The notes under the pieces were generated by a model that did not search any database, had not been told where the DNA came from, and saw nothing but the letters and a program-made list of their open reading frames with translations. Positions 11,011 to 23,242 of a DNA stretch of 37,715 bases are shown piece by piece. A program made the translations under genes and the position numbers. Origin of the DNA: Octopus bimaculoides (Eukaryota); the NCBI RefSeq assembly GCF_001194135.2, contig NC_069005.1:11383635-11421349 (forward strand). The letters are read 5' to 3'. How positions within the stretch are numbered: position 1 is the first letter of the stretch; each line of letters starts with the position of its first letter.

Positions 11011-12997
11011 TCCAGCTGACCTAATATATCTACAAACATAGTTGGTGTTTTGTGTTCGCATTCCTTGTATATCTTCTGATGTTTCCGGGCCTGGGGTTGA
11101 TGTTGCCGCCGCTGTTATTACGGGACGTGGGTCTGGCGAAATCACTCAATTTCCTTTTTATCGAATTTGCTATAAGCCCGGGGTTATAATAGAAGACAAA
11201 AGGCCAAGTAGAGATATAGAGCCATGTGGTTGCAACGCGAGTTTCTTAACCACATGATTATGAATGCGATTGTAGACAATACAAGAATTCACTTACACTG
11301 ATACAACAGATATATCGCTCACTGCAAATATACAAACTATGTTATATGCTACAAGAACCATTTGCACTCAGGCTACATTAAATTAACTCCCAAACCGAAC
11401 AAAAAATATATTTTATCAAACGGTTACCTCGTAATTAGAACAGAATGAAAAGCTTCATCAAATCAGAAAATCACAGAATGTACTCCAAACAACTAAAATA
11501 ATATGCAAATTTCATTGTAAGCATAATGTTTGTAAACTACACGAGAAACTGTTACTTGGGATAAACAAGTACGACACTTTCACGTCGATTGACTATGTAT
11601 TTACAGCAAGGACTCACCGCAGATTGAATATAATACTGTACCAGAAAGAAAATTAGAAATAAAAACATTAGCTAACAGTGCTATAATTTTATATAGAATT
11701 CCTCAAGAAAATAAGAAAAATAACCATGACAGAAACTATATTAATAGAAAAATACAAATCAAAAGTCAGTACATACATATATATCATACATAAATTATGA
11801 AATCTACCAGAACTAAAGCCTTGTATAATTTCAAATTCAGCATGGACGATTTTATAAGTTATTACAATATTTCCATAATCTTAGTGACTGTAGTGCAAAT
11901 TATTAATATAATTTCAGTTGACTTAAGGAATTGATTAAGTTTTTAAAGGATACAGACTTAGGAATTTAGGAGCGTTGTAGTTCCTGTCGAAACGTAAAGA
12001 ATTAATAAGCAAGTATAAAAAGCCTTTTCAAAAGATCGAATTGAAATGGAAGCAGAAGACTATATGTATATATATNNNNNNNNNNNNNNNNNNNNNNNNN
12101 NNNNNNNNNNNNNNNNNNNNNNNNNNNNNNNNNNNNNNNNNNNNNNNNNNNNNNNNNNNNNNNNNNNNNNNNNNNNNNNNNNNNNNNNNNNNNNNNNNNN
12201 NNNNNNNNNNNNNNNNNNNNNNNNNNNNNNNNNNNNNNNNNNNNNNNNNNNNNNNNNNNNNNNNNNNNNNNNNNNNNNNNNNNNNNNNNNNNNNNNNNNN
12301 NNNNNNNNNNNNNNNNNNNNNNNNNNNNNNNNNNNNNNNNNNNNNNNNNNNNNNNNNNNNNNNNNNNNNNNNNNNNNNNNNNNNNNNNNNNNNNNNNNNN
12401 NNNNNNNNNNNNNNNNNNNNNNNNNNNNNNNNNNNNNNNNNNNNNNNNNNNNNNNNNNNNNNNNNNNNNNNNNNNNNNNNNATACATACAAGTAAGCAAG
12501 TGTATACAAAGCAAGGTTGAAAAATAATACTCGTATAGCAAAGCTAGAATAATATTCTACTTATTAAAGCCGAAAACTCTTCACAAGGTGTTGTGTCTCC
12601 CGTTACCGTTTGACGGACGGATGTGATTATATTAAAAGAAAAAATTGTGTGGGTACTGGTAATTTTAGTATACATATATAAACAAAGACAAATGGTCGCC
12701 AACTGTGGACATACAAACAAACTAATATCAATAAACGTACAAAATAAGCGAGACAGTTAGTGAATGTATGAGGGACAGAGAAGAAAACAAACAAGAATAT
12801 GGGCATACAAACGAACTGATATAAACAAAAGTACAAAATAAGGCCTTAGAGTCAGACAGGCGACGAAAATAGTCAAGGCTAGGAGAATATCCTAAAAGAT
12901 TTAACAGAGAGACAGCAAATGGTGAAAAGAGCGGGAGACGAGAAAATGCGACTGCTTGGTAAGTCAGCCTGTCATGTGTGCATACACACAGACAAAT

Positions 12998-13028
<31 letters not shown>

Positions 13029-13998
13029 ACCACACATATACACACATATATATTTTAAAAAACCTTATATATGTTTCACTGCCAACACAATCAAAGTTAT
13101 TTACAATACTCATCGTTAAAAACTGCTAGAATATATATGTGTGTGTGTGTGTATCTGTGTGTGAGTGTGTGTGAATGTGTGCGTTTGTGTGTGTGTATAC
13201 AAGTATACGTATATATGTGTGTATATGCGCGCGCGTGCAGTTGTATGATTAATCCATTTCTATTGTATGAATGTGATACACGTGGTTGAAAGTATCCAAA
13301 CCCTGGATTTGTTATGAGGATGGAGACGGGACAAGTGATTTATTTGCGGTTGAATTTATAAAAATAATTATCCATAAGATAGAAACTCTATAACTAGCGA
13401 TATCATTTATAAATGTACCGTTGGAAACCATACCATTAAAATAGCTTACATATGTATGACTGTTAATAGATTCAGAATTAGTTACGATACTCATCGTTAT
13501 TCGTTCAAAACTCTGCTAGAAGTAATATGTCTACAATTTCGCACTACTTTTGGCAGTTGAAAATTTGCAGCTTTCTTTGTAAACTTCATTGAAAGAATTT
13601 AGCTAAGGAGAAACTATAGCGGGAATCAAAATTCATACTATTTATGCACAATGACTCCATTTTAAATAGAAATTCAGGGCTTGCACAAATAAAATAATTT
13701 ATAGCTGTATCCATATGGATAGTCATTAGTTGTCAACATCCTGTACTAAACAGTTAGTGGACGACTGTGCATCTTTTTGAAGTGGTGACTGTGGCATATA
13801 AAAACTTTACATGTATAGATTTAGATACATATAATATATCGAAGCAAATATATACGAAATACAAGAAAATGAAGGTCCTCGATGTACTCACCAATAACCC
13901 AATATTATATTAAAAGATTTTGTACAATTATTTTCCGAGAAACTATCTCTCATTTTCCTCCTCTCTCTCACTCTTCCTTCTCTCTCTCTCTCTCTCTC

Positions 13999-14083
<85 letters not shown>

Positions 14084-14279
14084 ACATGCACACTCACACA
14101 CATATATATATACATACACACACTACACACTCTCTCAAACACACACCATGCATTGGTAATGCATTGGGGAATAGTCAACAGAGTTAGAAAGTAGAAATAC
14201 TAAATTTGTAGTAGAGAGAAAATTAGCTGACGTGGAGGAGTGAAAGCCAGCTAAATATTAAAAAAGCGTTACGTGTATC

Positions 14280-14870
14280 TTGATGTCGCTGGGTGTCAAA
14301 ATGCCGACCTCACGACTGCTGCTCAAAGCTCTCTGAACACTGTGAAGGTTGTAAGACGTGACATGGACAGCTTCAACGGCGGCTACAAAGTTGTGAACTG
14401 TGACCAACGGAAGGGACACAGCAGACTTTCTGACTGCGTTCCTACGCCGAGATACTGCCCCACATCTCCAAACAGGGACTGAGGTTCAATTCAGACGGCT
14501 ATGTAAAGCAGCTGGAGAATGTGGCAAATCCCTGGCTGGAGAGGGTTGCTAGCAGATGACCATACATGTTACGCAAAGATTCAACTCCTTGCCATACCTT
14601 CGGAAAGAGTTAGAATTGGTTGTCGGAAAAATTCTGCGTCTTTACCAGCCCTAATTTCTGGGCCTCCTAATTCTCTTCGATTATAAGCTCATGTTTGGAC
14701 GCGGTTGAGACAGACGCCAAACGATCTGCGTACAACACCAAGGCCTCGCCAAGTTCAAGAAGGTGTTCGAAGATCTTCTCAGAGACAGTGAGGAACGCAT
14801 GTGCCAGGTTCGGCACCCGTCTTAAGGCCTTAGTAAAAGGCGAGGGAGGCTATTTTGAGTAAAGTGTTAT
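14280..14870 (+). mobile_element. Degenerate Tc1/mariner-superfamily (maT/DD37D-like) transposase fragment
   Basis: GLRFNSDGYVKQLENVANPWLERVASR*PYMLRKDSTPCHT ... KGEGGYFE* matches the catalytic-domain C-terminal half; contains stops and frameshifts. Confidence 0.75.
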
Positions 14871-15058
14871 CTCCCAGCAATATTCTAGTTGATATTTTTG
14901 GATTTTTTAAAAGGTAATTTATTTTTGGATGAGATATTTTGTCTTTCACTTTTATACAAACTGTCAAAATTTAGCCCAAACATCCTGTACAAACTTTATT
15001 CACCCTTTCTCATTCTATTTCTAACGCGCAATTCTTTCCACTTAGAAGTTTCACTTAC

Positions 15059-15219
15059 TACATTATTCAAAGTTTTTGCCACTCTCAAAGCTCTTCTACA
15101 TTGCCTATACGAGGTTTCCTCTTTCTTTTTTTCTGGATGACAAGGGAACCTCTCATCCAAACATTTGTAAAACTTGCAGTTGACATTTTCACTATGTTTG
15201 AGACATTTCGGGGTAACAT
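15059..15219 (-). CDS. STC: Stanniocalcin-like gene, copy A, internal coding exon (equivalent to vertebrate STC exon 2); 5'-partial gene
   Basis: Acceptor ttttcag|AT, donor GTA|gtaagtg, 161 nt, phase 1 in and phase 0 out. Encodes xVTPKCLKHSENVNCKFYKCLDERFPCHPEKKKEETSYRQCRRALRVAKTLNNV. Five Cys spaced 9/5/7/14 versus human STC1 C45-C54-C59-C65-C74 (9/5/6/9, recalled sequence). Splices in frame to 8786-8560. Confidence 0.88.
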
Positions 15220-15329
15220 CTGAAAAAGAAAAAGAAAAGAAATACAAAGGTATTAAACAGGGTGTTTCTGATTCTTTTTTGTTATTAATAATAAGACTCC
15301 CTCCCCTAAGAAAGCAAGACAAGCAGCTA

Positions 15330-15617
15330 GCATTCCGTCACTTGCTCCCACGAGGGTGCCAGTTGATCCGATCAACGGAACAGCCATTCTACAGACGTGT
15401 GTACCCTTAATGTACTTCACAGGGAGATTTAGCATGACACAGAATGTGGTAAGGCTGGCCCTTCGAAATACAGACACTACTACTTTTTTGCTCACTGAGT
15501 GGATTGAAAGAACATGAAATAAAGTGTCTTGTTCAAGGACACGATGTGTCGCCGGGAATTGAACTCATGACCTTACGATTGTGAGCCGAGAACCTTAACC
15601 ACTAAGCCACGCACCTG
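15330..15617 (-). mobile_element. tRNA-derived SINE
   Basis: Minus-strand tggcttagtggttaagg (A box) and gagttcaattccc (B box); body shared with 9995-10385. Confidence 0.75.
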
Positions 15618-15824
15618 AAACAGATAAAAGATAAATAAAAAATGAAATTTTGGCGGTGGGGTCCAATCGATTATTTTATTACTAAGAGGGGAAAACAATA
15701 GGAAGTGAGGTTGAAAGTGGATGATAGAACATTATATTAACGAGAGGAAATAAATATACATCAGTCTATATTTTGGAATTAAAGGTAAGAAATTGTTCTC
15801 AAATATTGATACTTATTTTTTCTA

Positions 15825-15950
15825 CTCGGAAAGGATGAAAGGCAAAGTCGACCTCGGCAGAATTTGAAATCAGAAAGTAAAGAAGGACGAAACGCGGCTT
15901 AGCATTTTGCCCGTCTTGAGAACGATTCTGTCAGTTCACCGCCTTTACAA
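15825..15950 (-). mobile_element. tRNA-derived SINE fragment
   Basis: Reverse complement of the 2089/2322 SINE head (gtcgacctcggcagaatttgaaatcagaa...aacgattctgtcagttcaccgcc). Confidence 0.7.
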
Positions 15951-15963
15951 GCATATATAGAGA

Positions 15964-17179
15964 CAGGGTTTGGACAAAATAATGGAAACACCTTACAATT
16001 TCAAACAAATTAATTTTAATATGGGAATAAGACCGCCTTTGGAAGTAATTACAGCTTGAATTCTCCAAGGTATGGACTCATACAAAGTTTGAATTGTTTC
16101 CAAAGTAATGTTTGTCCATTCTTCAGCTAAAACAGTCTCCAGGTCTTGTAGTGATGATTATGGAGGATATCGACTCCTTAATTGTTTTTCTAAAATACAC
16201 CATAAATGTTCAATAATACTGAGATCTGGGGTCTGTGGTGGCCAGATAAGATGTTCAACTTCACTAGAATGTTCCTCGTGCCATTCAATAACAACTTTAG
16301 CTGTGTAAATTGGTGCATTTTTATACTGGAAGGTTGCGTTTCCCTCCGGAAACAGTTCCGCAACCATAGGATTAATTTGATCAGATAAAATGCTTAAACT
16401 GTCTTGACTATTAATACTGCCATGAAGGGAAACTATTGAGCCGGTGGATTTCCAAGATATAGCTCCCACCAACTCCAGATCATCACAGATCCCCTCCATG
16501 TTTAACAGTTAGAAGAAAGCAGTCTGGGTCAAATGCCTCTTTTCGCTGTCTCCACGCGTATATTCGGCTGGAGGTAGGAAATAAGGTAAAGGATGACTTG
16601 TCCAAGAAAGTAACACTCTTCCACTGCTCTAGGGACCAATTTTGTAGGTTCTTACTCCACTCTAAATGCTTTGCAACGTTTGTTTTTGAATGTAGTGGTT
16701 TTCTGTTTGCAGCCCTCGCGTGAAATCCGGCTTTGTGCGGCTCTCGGTGAACAGTTTTTATGGAAAATGGGTTCTCAAGGTAGTCATTAAGCTCAGCAGT
16801 AATTTGGGGAGCTGTACTGTTGTGATACTTTCTAACAATTCGCGTAATAGTCCGGAGTTTTGTTTCAACGAGGAGGTTTTTCCCTCTTTCTCAAAAGCTG
16901 TCATTATTTTCCAGACAGTACTTCTTGATACACCAAACATTTCGGCTGTTTTCGTTACGCTAGCGCCTGCCATACGAGCACCAACAATTTGACCTCTTTG
17001 AAAGTCCGATAGATCTGTCATGATATCTGAAAAGAAACAGCGATTTTAGCAAACCATATCAAGCAACACTAATAATAAATCAAAAGCATAAAAATAAACA
17101 AGCTTTAGACGGTTTTATAGATATTTCCAAATCATGGTGCTATGATGCTAGGTGTTTCCATCATTTTGTCCAACCCCTG
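15964..17179 (-). mobile_element. Tc1-like DNA transposon with both terminal inverted repeats; transposase inactivated
   Basis: Left TIR cagggtttggacaaaataatggaaacacc (15964-15992) and right TIR ggtgtttccatcattttgtccaacccctg (17151-17179), two mismatches, followed by TA. Transposase pieces: MTDLSDFQRGQIVGARMAGASVTKTAEMFGVSRSTV, WKSVTFLDKSSFTLFPTSSRIYAWRQ, FQYKNAP and WPPQTPDLSIIEHLW. Confidence 0.92.
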
Positions 17180-18490
17180 TATGGACACTGGACGAGTGCA
17201 GGACGGTTCCTTTGCCCTACGCACAATTCGGTTCCTTTGTCTCCGCATCATCAGCCACGGCATGCCCAGTTCTCCACGCAACGGCTTCTGACAGCAAAAT
17301 GGACCGTCTGACAAGTGGTACCCTTCCTTTCCACAAGAAGCAGAAGAGCAAGTGCACCAGCCTGTTTAGCCATGAAGTGGGGCAAGGGAAGACAGTCACG
17401 TGGTAGTATATGACGGATGTGATGTACGCATTCGTCACCTCCGCCCGACCTTTCAAGGACAGCTTCCTCTCAGCCCATTTCTGGGTGAGACTGTCCACCT
17501 TGTCTGTCACCTCTCCCTAGTTCTTGTCCACCTGAAGGTTCGGACTAAACCAGACCCCGAGCTACTTAACCGGTCCTTCCGTCCAGCGCCCTACAATGCT
17601 GTCGTTCGATTTGAACCTGCCTCTGCAGGTGCCGAACTGCAGGCCCACTGATTTCTCTTGGTTAATCATTGCTCTTGTCACCACTTCTTATTCCCTTTGC
17701 ATAATGCCGACGATCTCTATTTCAGAGACATTCGACACTATCCCGGTGACATCGTTCGCATACGCTGACACACCTCTTCTGCATCCCAGCTCACGCGGGA
17801 TGCCTCCCGAAACATCCAGTTTCCGCAGTAATGGCTCTAGTATCAGTAGAGAAGGGGTGAGGGTGGGCATCATTGACGGACCGAAAGGTCGATGCCAAAC
17901 GATTTCGACAAGGGTTCATTTACGTTGACCACCGAACAGATGTTGCTATACATTGCAGCGATCCAGCCTCTGAAAACGAAACCAAAGCCAGCCGCTATAA
18001 AGACAGCCTCCAAGTACCGATGGTCGATCCTAACGAAGGCTTTCGACTAATCCAAATTGATCAGCGCCCCATCCATGCCAGGTTCTTTACCAATTCTCTC
18101 TATGATGTATCGCATGAGGTGGAGGTTGTCGTAGATAGATCTGTTCGGGATAACGCAAGTCTGCGCATCATCCACCATTCTGGCCATGACAAGGGACAAC
18201 CTTTTTGCTAATACTTGGCCAAAATTCTGTAATCTGCAATTAGCAGAGTTACAGGCCTAAAGTTATCAAAAGTATCCCCTTTGTTTGGGTCCTTTTTCAG
18301 TAGCTTCACCGCACTTTGGCTCACAGATATGGGAATTCTTCCGTTCTGCTGCCAGTTGTGGCAGACCTATACCAAAATTTCACCGAACAAGTCTGGTATA
18401 TGAATATAACGTTCGAAGGGCAGACCATCCACTCCCGGAGAATTTTCCCTCAAGCACCTGTCCAGTGCGTCTCGTGCATCAGGGAGTTTG
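17180..18490 (-). mobile_element. Tx1/L1-clade LINE reverse transcriptase fragment, 5'-truncated
   Basis: ENSPGVDGLPFE; LINLD*SKAF; LEPLLRKL...VSAYANDVT (YADD-like); QKWAERKLSLKGRAEV...FLWKGRVPLVRRSI. Confidence 0.9.
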
Positions 18491-19200
18491 CTAACTCTAG
18501 AGTATGCCACATACAACTCCTCGTGACTGAACACTGACCACCGACATAAGAACAATCCCACCTTCTCAAATATCTGCCCCTGTGACTTGTTAATAGTCAT
18601 GACAAACGGACAGGAAACTGGATTCTCTCCAAGGTGAAAGGCAAGTTAGGGTCGCTTGGAGTCAGATTTATTCTGGGGATGAGGACATGTCTGCCAATTA
18701 GTGAGCCACTAATCAAGGAAGCCTTGATTGAAGCCTTGTTGATGCATAGCCACAACTTCCAGTCTTGTACCATTGCAGAGCGCATTCTGGTTAGAAATGT
18801 TACGAAGAAGCATTACTATTGAGCCGGGTTTTAAACACAATTTATGAGGTGGCATTCCCGATGGTGTCAAAGAGTTTAGAAATTCAGGTGGATAGCGCTC
18901 AGCCTCAGCAGGATCATCTGTCAAAACTTTATCTGTACTATAATAGGTGCGGCAGTTACCTAGAAGTTGTCTCTAAACTTCTTCATTGATCAGGAGTCTC
19001 TCTTCCTCAGATGTATTGTTGAAGATGTCATCCACCAGAGATCCATCAACGCGTGAAATTTGAGACACTTCTATGTCATCAACGGTGCTTGAGTTGAGGA
19101 GATATGAACCCACTTCGAGGGGCATTCGAGTTCAGAAACCATTCCCTGTGGCAAGAAGCATATTGCTCCCCCAGATTTTAATTCCTCTCTCTTTCTAATA
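18491..19200 (-). mobile_element. Helitron Rep/helicase fragment (PIF1-type helicase C-terminus)
   Basis: YPPEFLNSLTPSGMPPHKLCLKPGSIVMLLRN...LCNGTRL; IPRINLTPSDPNLPFTLERIQFPVRL; MTINKSQGQ...FSHEELYVAYSRV. Frameshifted. Confidence 0.9.
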
Positions 19201-19734
19201 TAAAGTAACCCCGATAGACATACATTGCCTAAGACAAGACTCATATTGTTCCTTCGGATTTTCAGACTTTATTCCTGTATCACTCTACTAATATTATGTA
19301 ATCCCGTTACACATGACGTAGAGCATTTTACGGCCTGGTCTGATACTGATACTCTCATTTAGACATTGACTGTCTTTAGAAGAGTTTTATGAACTCTGGG
19401 ACAGGGGGTTGCAGAAATTTGTCGATGCTCGCCACTTTTTCCTTTTGTTCAAAATGTCAAAAACCAAAACAAGCATCCCCACTGGAGAATTTTCTCTCCT
19501 CATTTCTAATATTAATGAACTCTGCTCGAACCTAAGTACCATCATCCATCCCTTTCATGCAGACTGGTCTACACCAACGAGAGACAAGTTACACACATGA
19601 ACACGCGCTTACAAACACACAGACACATTTGCAACAAAGGCGAATAAATGTATATTAAATACTGTTCAAGATATCTGAATATGCTTGTATCTTTTGTCAT
19701 TTGAACTGTGTGAATCTTTAGACACGGTGACCTT

Positions 19735-19905
19735 GTTGGAGAACTGCTTTGAGGAACTTTTAGTCGAATGAATCAATCCCGATACTTACTTTTTGTTAAA
19801 CCTAGTTCTCATTCTTATGCTGAACTGCTAAGTTATGGGGACATAAACACACCAACACCAGTTGTCAAGCGGTAATTGGGGGGCCAAACAGTCACAAAGA
19901 GACAC
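19735..19905. mobile_element. Short interspersed repeat (same family as 37495-37660)
   Basis: Shared ttagtcga..aatc.a.ccc...actta, gaactgctaag/gaaccgctagg and ggggacataaacacacc...ggttgtcaagc motifs, ending in a CA-rich tail. Confidence 0.6.
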
Positions 19906-20536
19906 ATTCACACAGATATATGTATCTAATTATAAATCTCACAGAGAGACTTAAGCAGTGTTACGATAAAGCAGTTATATACTCTCACATTAAGTTGACA
20001 GTATACAACTACTATATATATATATATATATATNNNNNNNNNNNNNNNNNNNNNNNNNNNNNNNNNNNNNNNNNNNNNNNNNNNNNNNNNNNNNNNNNNN
20101 NNNNNNNNNNNNNNNNNNNNNNNNNNNNNNNNNNNNNNNNNNNNNNNNNNNNNNNNNNNNNNNNNNNNNNNNNNNNNNNNNNNNNNNNNNNNNNNNNNNN
20201 NNNNNNNNNNNNNNNNNNNNNNNNNNNNNNNNNNNNNNNNNNNNNNNNNNNNNNNNNNNNNNNNNNNNNNNNNNNNNNNNNNNNNNNNNNNNNNNNNNNN
20301 NNNNNNNNNNNNNNNNNNNNNNNNNNNNNNNNNNNNNNNNNNNNNNNNNNNNNNNNNNNNNNNNNNNNNNNNNNNNNNNNNNNNNNNNNNNNNNNNNNNN
20401 NNNNNNNNNNNNNNNNNNNNNNNNNNNNNNNNNNNNNNNNNNNNNNNNNNNNNNNNNNNNNNNNNNNNNNNNNNNNNNNNNNNNNNNNNNNNNNNNNNNN
20501 NNNNNNNNNNNATATATATATATATATATAATGAAA

Positions 20537-20790
20537 GCACACGGACTGGTGGTTAGGCTGTTGCACTCATGATTGCTAGATCGTGGACTCGATTCCCAGA
20601 CCGGGCGGTGCGTTGTGTTCTTGAGCAAAACACTTCATTTCCCGTAGGTCACCCCCTCTTTCTATCGGGGGAAATGTTGGTCTGCTCACCTAACCAGCGG
20701 GGTGGCGTCATCCGAAGGCTAAAACAATGCAAAAGCGCATTTTGATCACCGATGTTTAATAACATCAGATAGTCTGGTCGGTCACGTGAT
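20537..20790 (+). mobile_element. tRNA-derived SINE
   Basis: tggtggttagg...gactcgattcccagaccgggcg head, related to the 9995-10385 head. Confidence 0.6.
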
Positions 20791-20799
20791 CGCAAGAAA

Positions 20800-20965
20800 T
20801 ATATATACACGACGGGTTTCTTTCAGTTTCCGTCTACGAGAGTTACTGAGAAGTCATTGGCCGGCCCGACGCTATATTAAAACATACTTGCCTAAGGTGC
20901 CATGCCGTGGTACTGAACCCAGAACCATGTGTTTGAGAAGCAACTTCTTACCACATAGCCATGCC
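20800..20965 (-). mobile_element. tRNA-derived SINE fragment
   Basis: Minus-strand caggcatggctatgtggtaagaagttgcttc...ggttcagtacc head (A/B-box-like). Confidence 0.55.
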
Positions 20966-22465
20966 TGCATCTATTACTACTCAGCTATTCTAGTGCATTG
21001 ATTACATGTTCATGGAGTACCGGATTTTTAGCAATAATTGTGACTTCCGGAACCTTTTGATACCACCTCGTACGTATGTATATTATATTTGATGATGCGT
21101 GTCATTTATACATTACATTATACTGGAAATCGTCACAAAGATTGCTCCATGAGACATTCAACAAAATATCTCGTAAGATACCTTGAAATTGAGCGCAATG
21201 TTTACTTGCACCATATTTAATAACGCATGGACACTTTCAACATTTGTCCCGATTGTTAGTTGACTTTGCTTCTGAGGAGGTAATATGGTAGTGTCTGTGC
21301 GGGACGAGTAATACTGGCCACGTTGGAAGACTCAGTGCTCAGGCCAGTGATGCTCGAATATACTCATTTGTGCAGGAAACTCATTGTGATGCGCTTACAG
21401 AGAAAGGAAGATGCTGTTTGTATTCATAATAGGAAAGATAGAGTGACGGTCAGTGGTCAGTGAACTGAAAAAGAAAGTAACATACGCTTCGTAATGAATA
21501 TGCCTGATATACCAGAGAGGTAGACAAGGATGAGGTTAAACTGCTTGACAAGGATTAAAGAGAGGGAGGGTTACTCAGCGTCGTGTACCTCACTCGCTCG
21601 NNNNNNNNNNNNNNNNNNNNNNNNNNNNNNNNNNNNNNNNNNNNNNNNNNNNNNNNNNNNNNNNNNNNNNNNNNNNNNNNNNNNNNNNNNNNNNNNNNNN
21701 NNNNNNNNNNNNNNNNNNNNNNNNNNNNNNNNNNNNNNNNNNNNNNNNNNNNNNNNNNNNNNNNNNNNNNNNNNNNNNNNNNNNNNNNNNNNNNNNNNNN
21801 NNNNNNNNNNNNNNNNNNNNNNNNNNNNNNNNNNNNNNNNNNNNNNNNNNNNNNNNNNNNNNNNNNNNNNNNNNNNNNNNNNNNNNNNNNNNNNNNNNNN
21901 NNNNNNNNNNNNNNNNNNNNNNNNNNNNNNNNNNNNNNNNNNNNNNNNNNNNNNNNNNNNNNNNNNNNNNNNNNNNNNNNNNNNNNNNNNNNNNNNNNNN
22001 NNNNNNNNNNNNNNNNNNNNNNNNNNNNNNNNNNNNNNNNNNNNNNNNNNNNNNNNNNNNNNNNNNNNNNNNNNNNNNNNNNNNNNNNNNNNNNNNNNNN
22101 NNNNNNNNNNNNNNNNNNNNNNNNNNNNNNNNNNNNNNNNNNNNNNNNNNNNNNNNNNNNNNNNNNNNNNNNNNNNNNNNNNNNNNNNNNNNNNNNNNNN
22201 NNNNNNNNNNNNNNNNNNNNNNNNNNNNNNNNNNNNNNNNNNNNNNNNNNNNNNNNNNNNNNNNNNNNNNNNNNNNNNNNNNNNNNNNNNNNNNNNNNNN
22301 NNNNNNNNNNNNNNNNNNNNNNNNNNNNNNNNNNNNNNNNNNNNNNNNNNNNNNNNNNNNNNNNNNNNNNNNNNNNNNNNNNNNNNNNNNNNNNNNNNNN
22401 NNNNNNNNNNNNNNNNNNNNNNNNNNNNNNNNNNNNNNNNNNNNNNNNNNNNNNNNNNNNNNNNN

Positions 22466-22500
<35 letters not shown>

Positions 22501-22556
22501 TGTCTGTATCTTTACATACATACATATATATGTATATATATAAATAAACTTTCTCA

Positions 22557-22594
<38 letters not shown>

Positions 22595-23242
22595 CGTATG
22601 TATACCAACGCACTCGCTCGCCAGACAACCCGCTAACTCCATTCATTAGTATTCTGTCAAGTTGACAACACTGATAAATTAGCTAAAGAAATATTAAAAG
22701 GTATATTGATAAAATTAGTTTACTTCGGCTTGTATTATTTATTATTTCCTATTTGTCAAAGAATTTAAATGATTGGGCAGTCTTTTGGGAAAGAAATAGA
22801 GCCGGCTTCTATGTAAACGTATTATCTTCCCTCTGTGGTAACTTTGCATCGATAAGCCAGGTTCTTAATTTTACATCTTGAGTCCAACGTGCTTTGTCTT
22901 TAGCACTGTATGTGAGTTTGTGTGTGTGTATATAAGTTTGACCCTCCTTGCTGACCTGCATAGAATGTCTCACAAAGTGGCCTGACATCATTCCACTGAT
23001 AGATACCACAATGGAAACTCAAAAAACCCTGATTCATCCCTGGTTAACGAGTTATGGTAAACTACCTATGATCACGAGCCGCCGACACATCTTCTAAGTT
23101 GTAGACACGCTTTCTCAAGAGCTTATTCGCCTGCGGCCAAACTCATGGCTGAAAGTACTTTTCAATGCCCAATGCAGAGATCGTTTCTATAATAGAAAGA
23201 AGACTAATTGGAATTTGGATAACATACAACAGGATTGTCTTA

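Larger units (their letters stand above)
2980..13990 (+). repeat. Tandem segmental duplication, unit A (homologous to about 31110-37270)
   Basis: Collinear same-strand homology blocks: 2980-3620/31110-31840, 3640-3800/32370-32520, 4900-5520/33040-33600, 6590-6650/35620-35680, 8420-9170/36140-36900 and 13670-13990/36900-37270. Offsets are about 28 kb except the last block, which follows a 4.5-kb indel. Confidence 0.9.

Noticed and set aside
13870-13950. Conserved QYYIKRFC.IIF peptide (plus strand) and gtgagta donor (minus strand)
   Set aside because: Explained by nucleotide-level paralogy of intron 2; the donor is not conserved in copy B (gtgact).
21040-21075. Possible mariner TIR (tacgaggtggtatcaaaaggttccggaa on the minus strand)
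   Set aside because: No partner TIR or clear transposase found; too weak to call.
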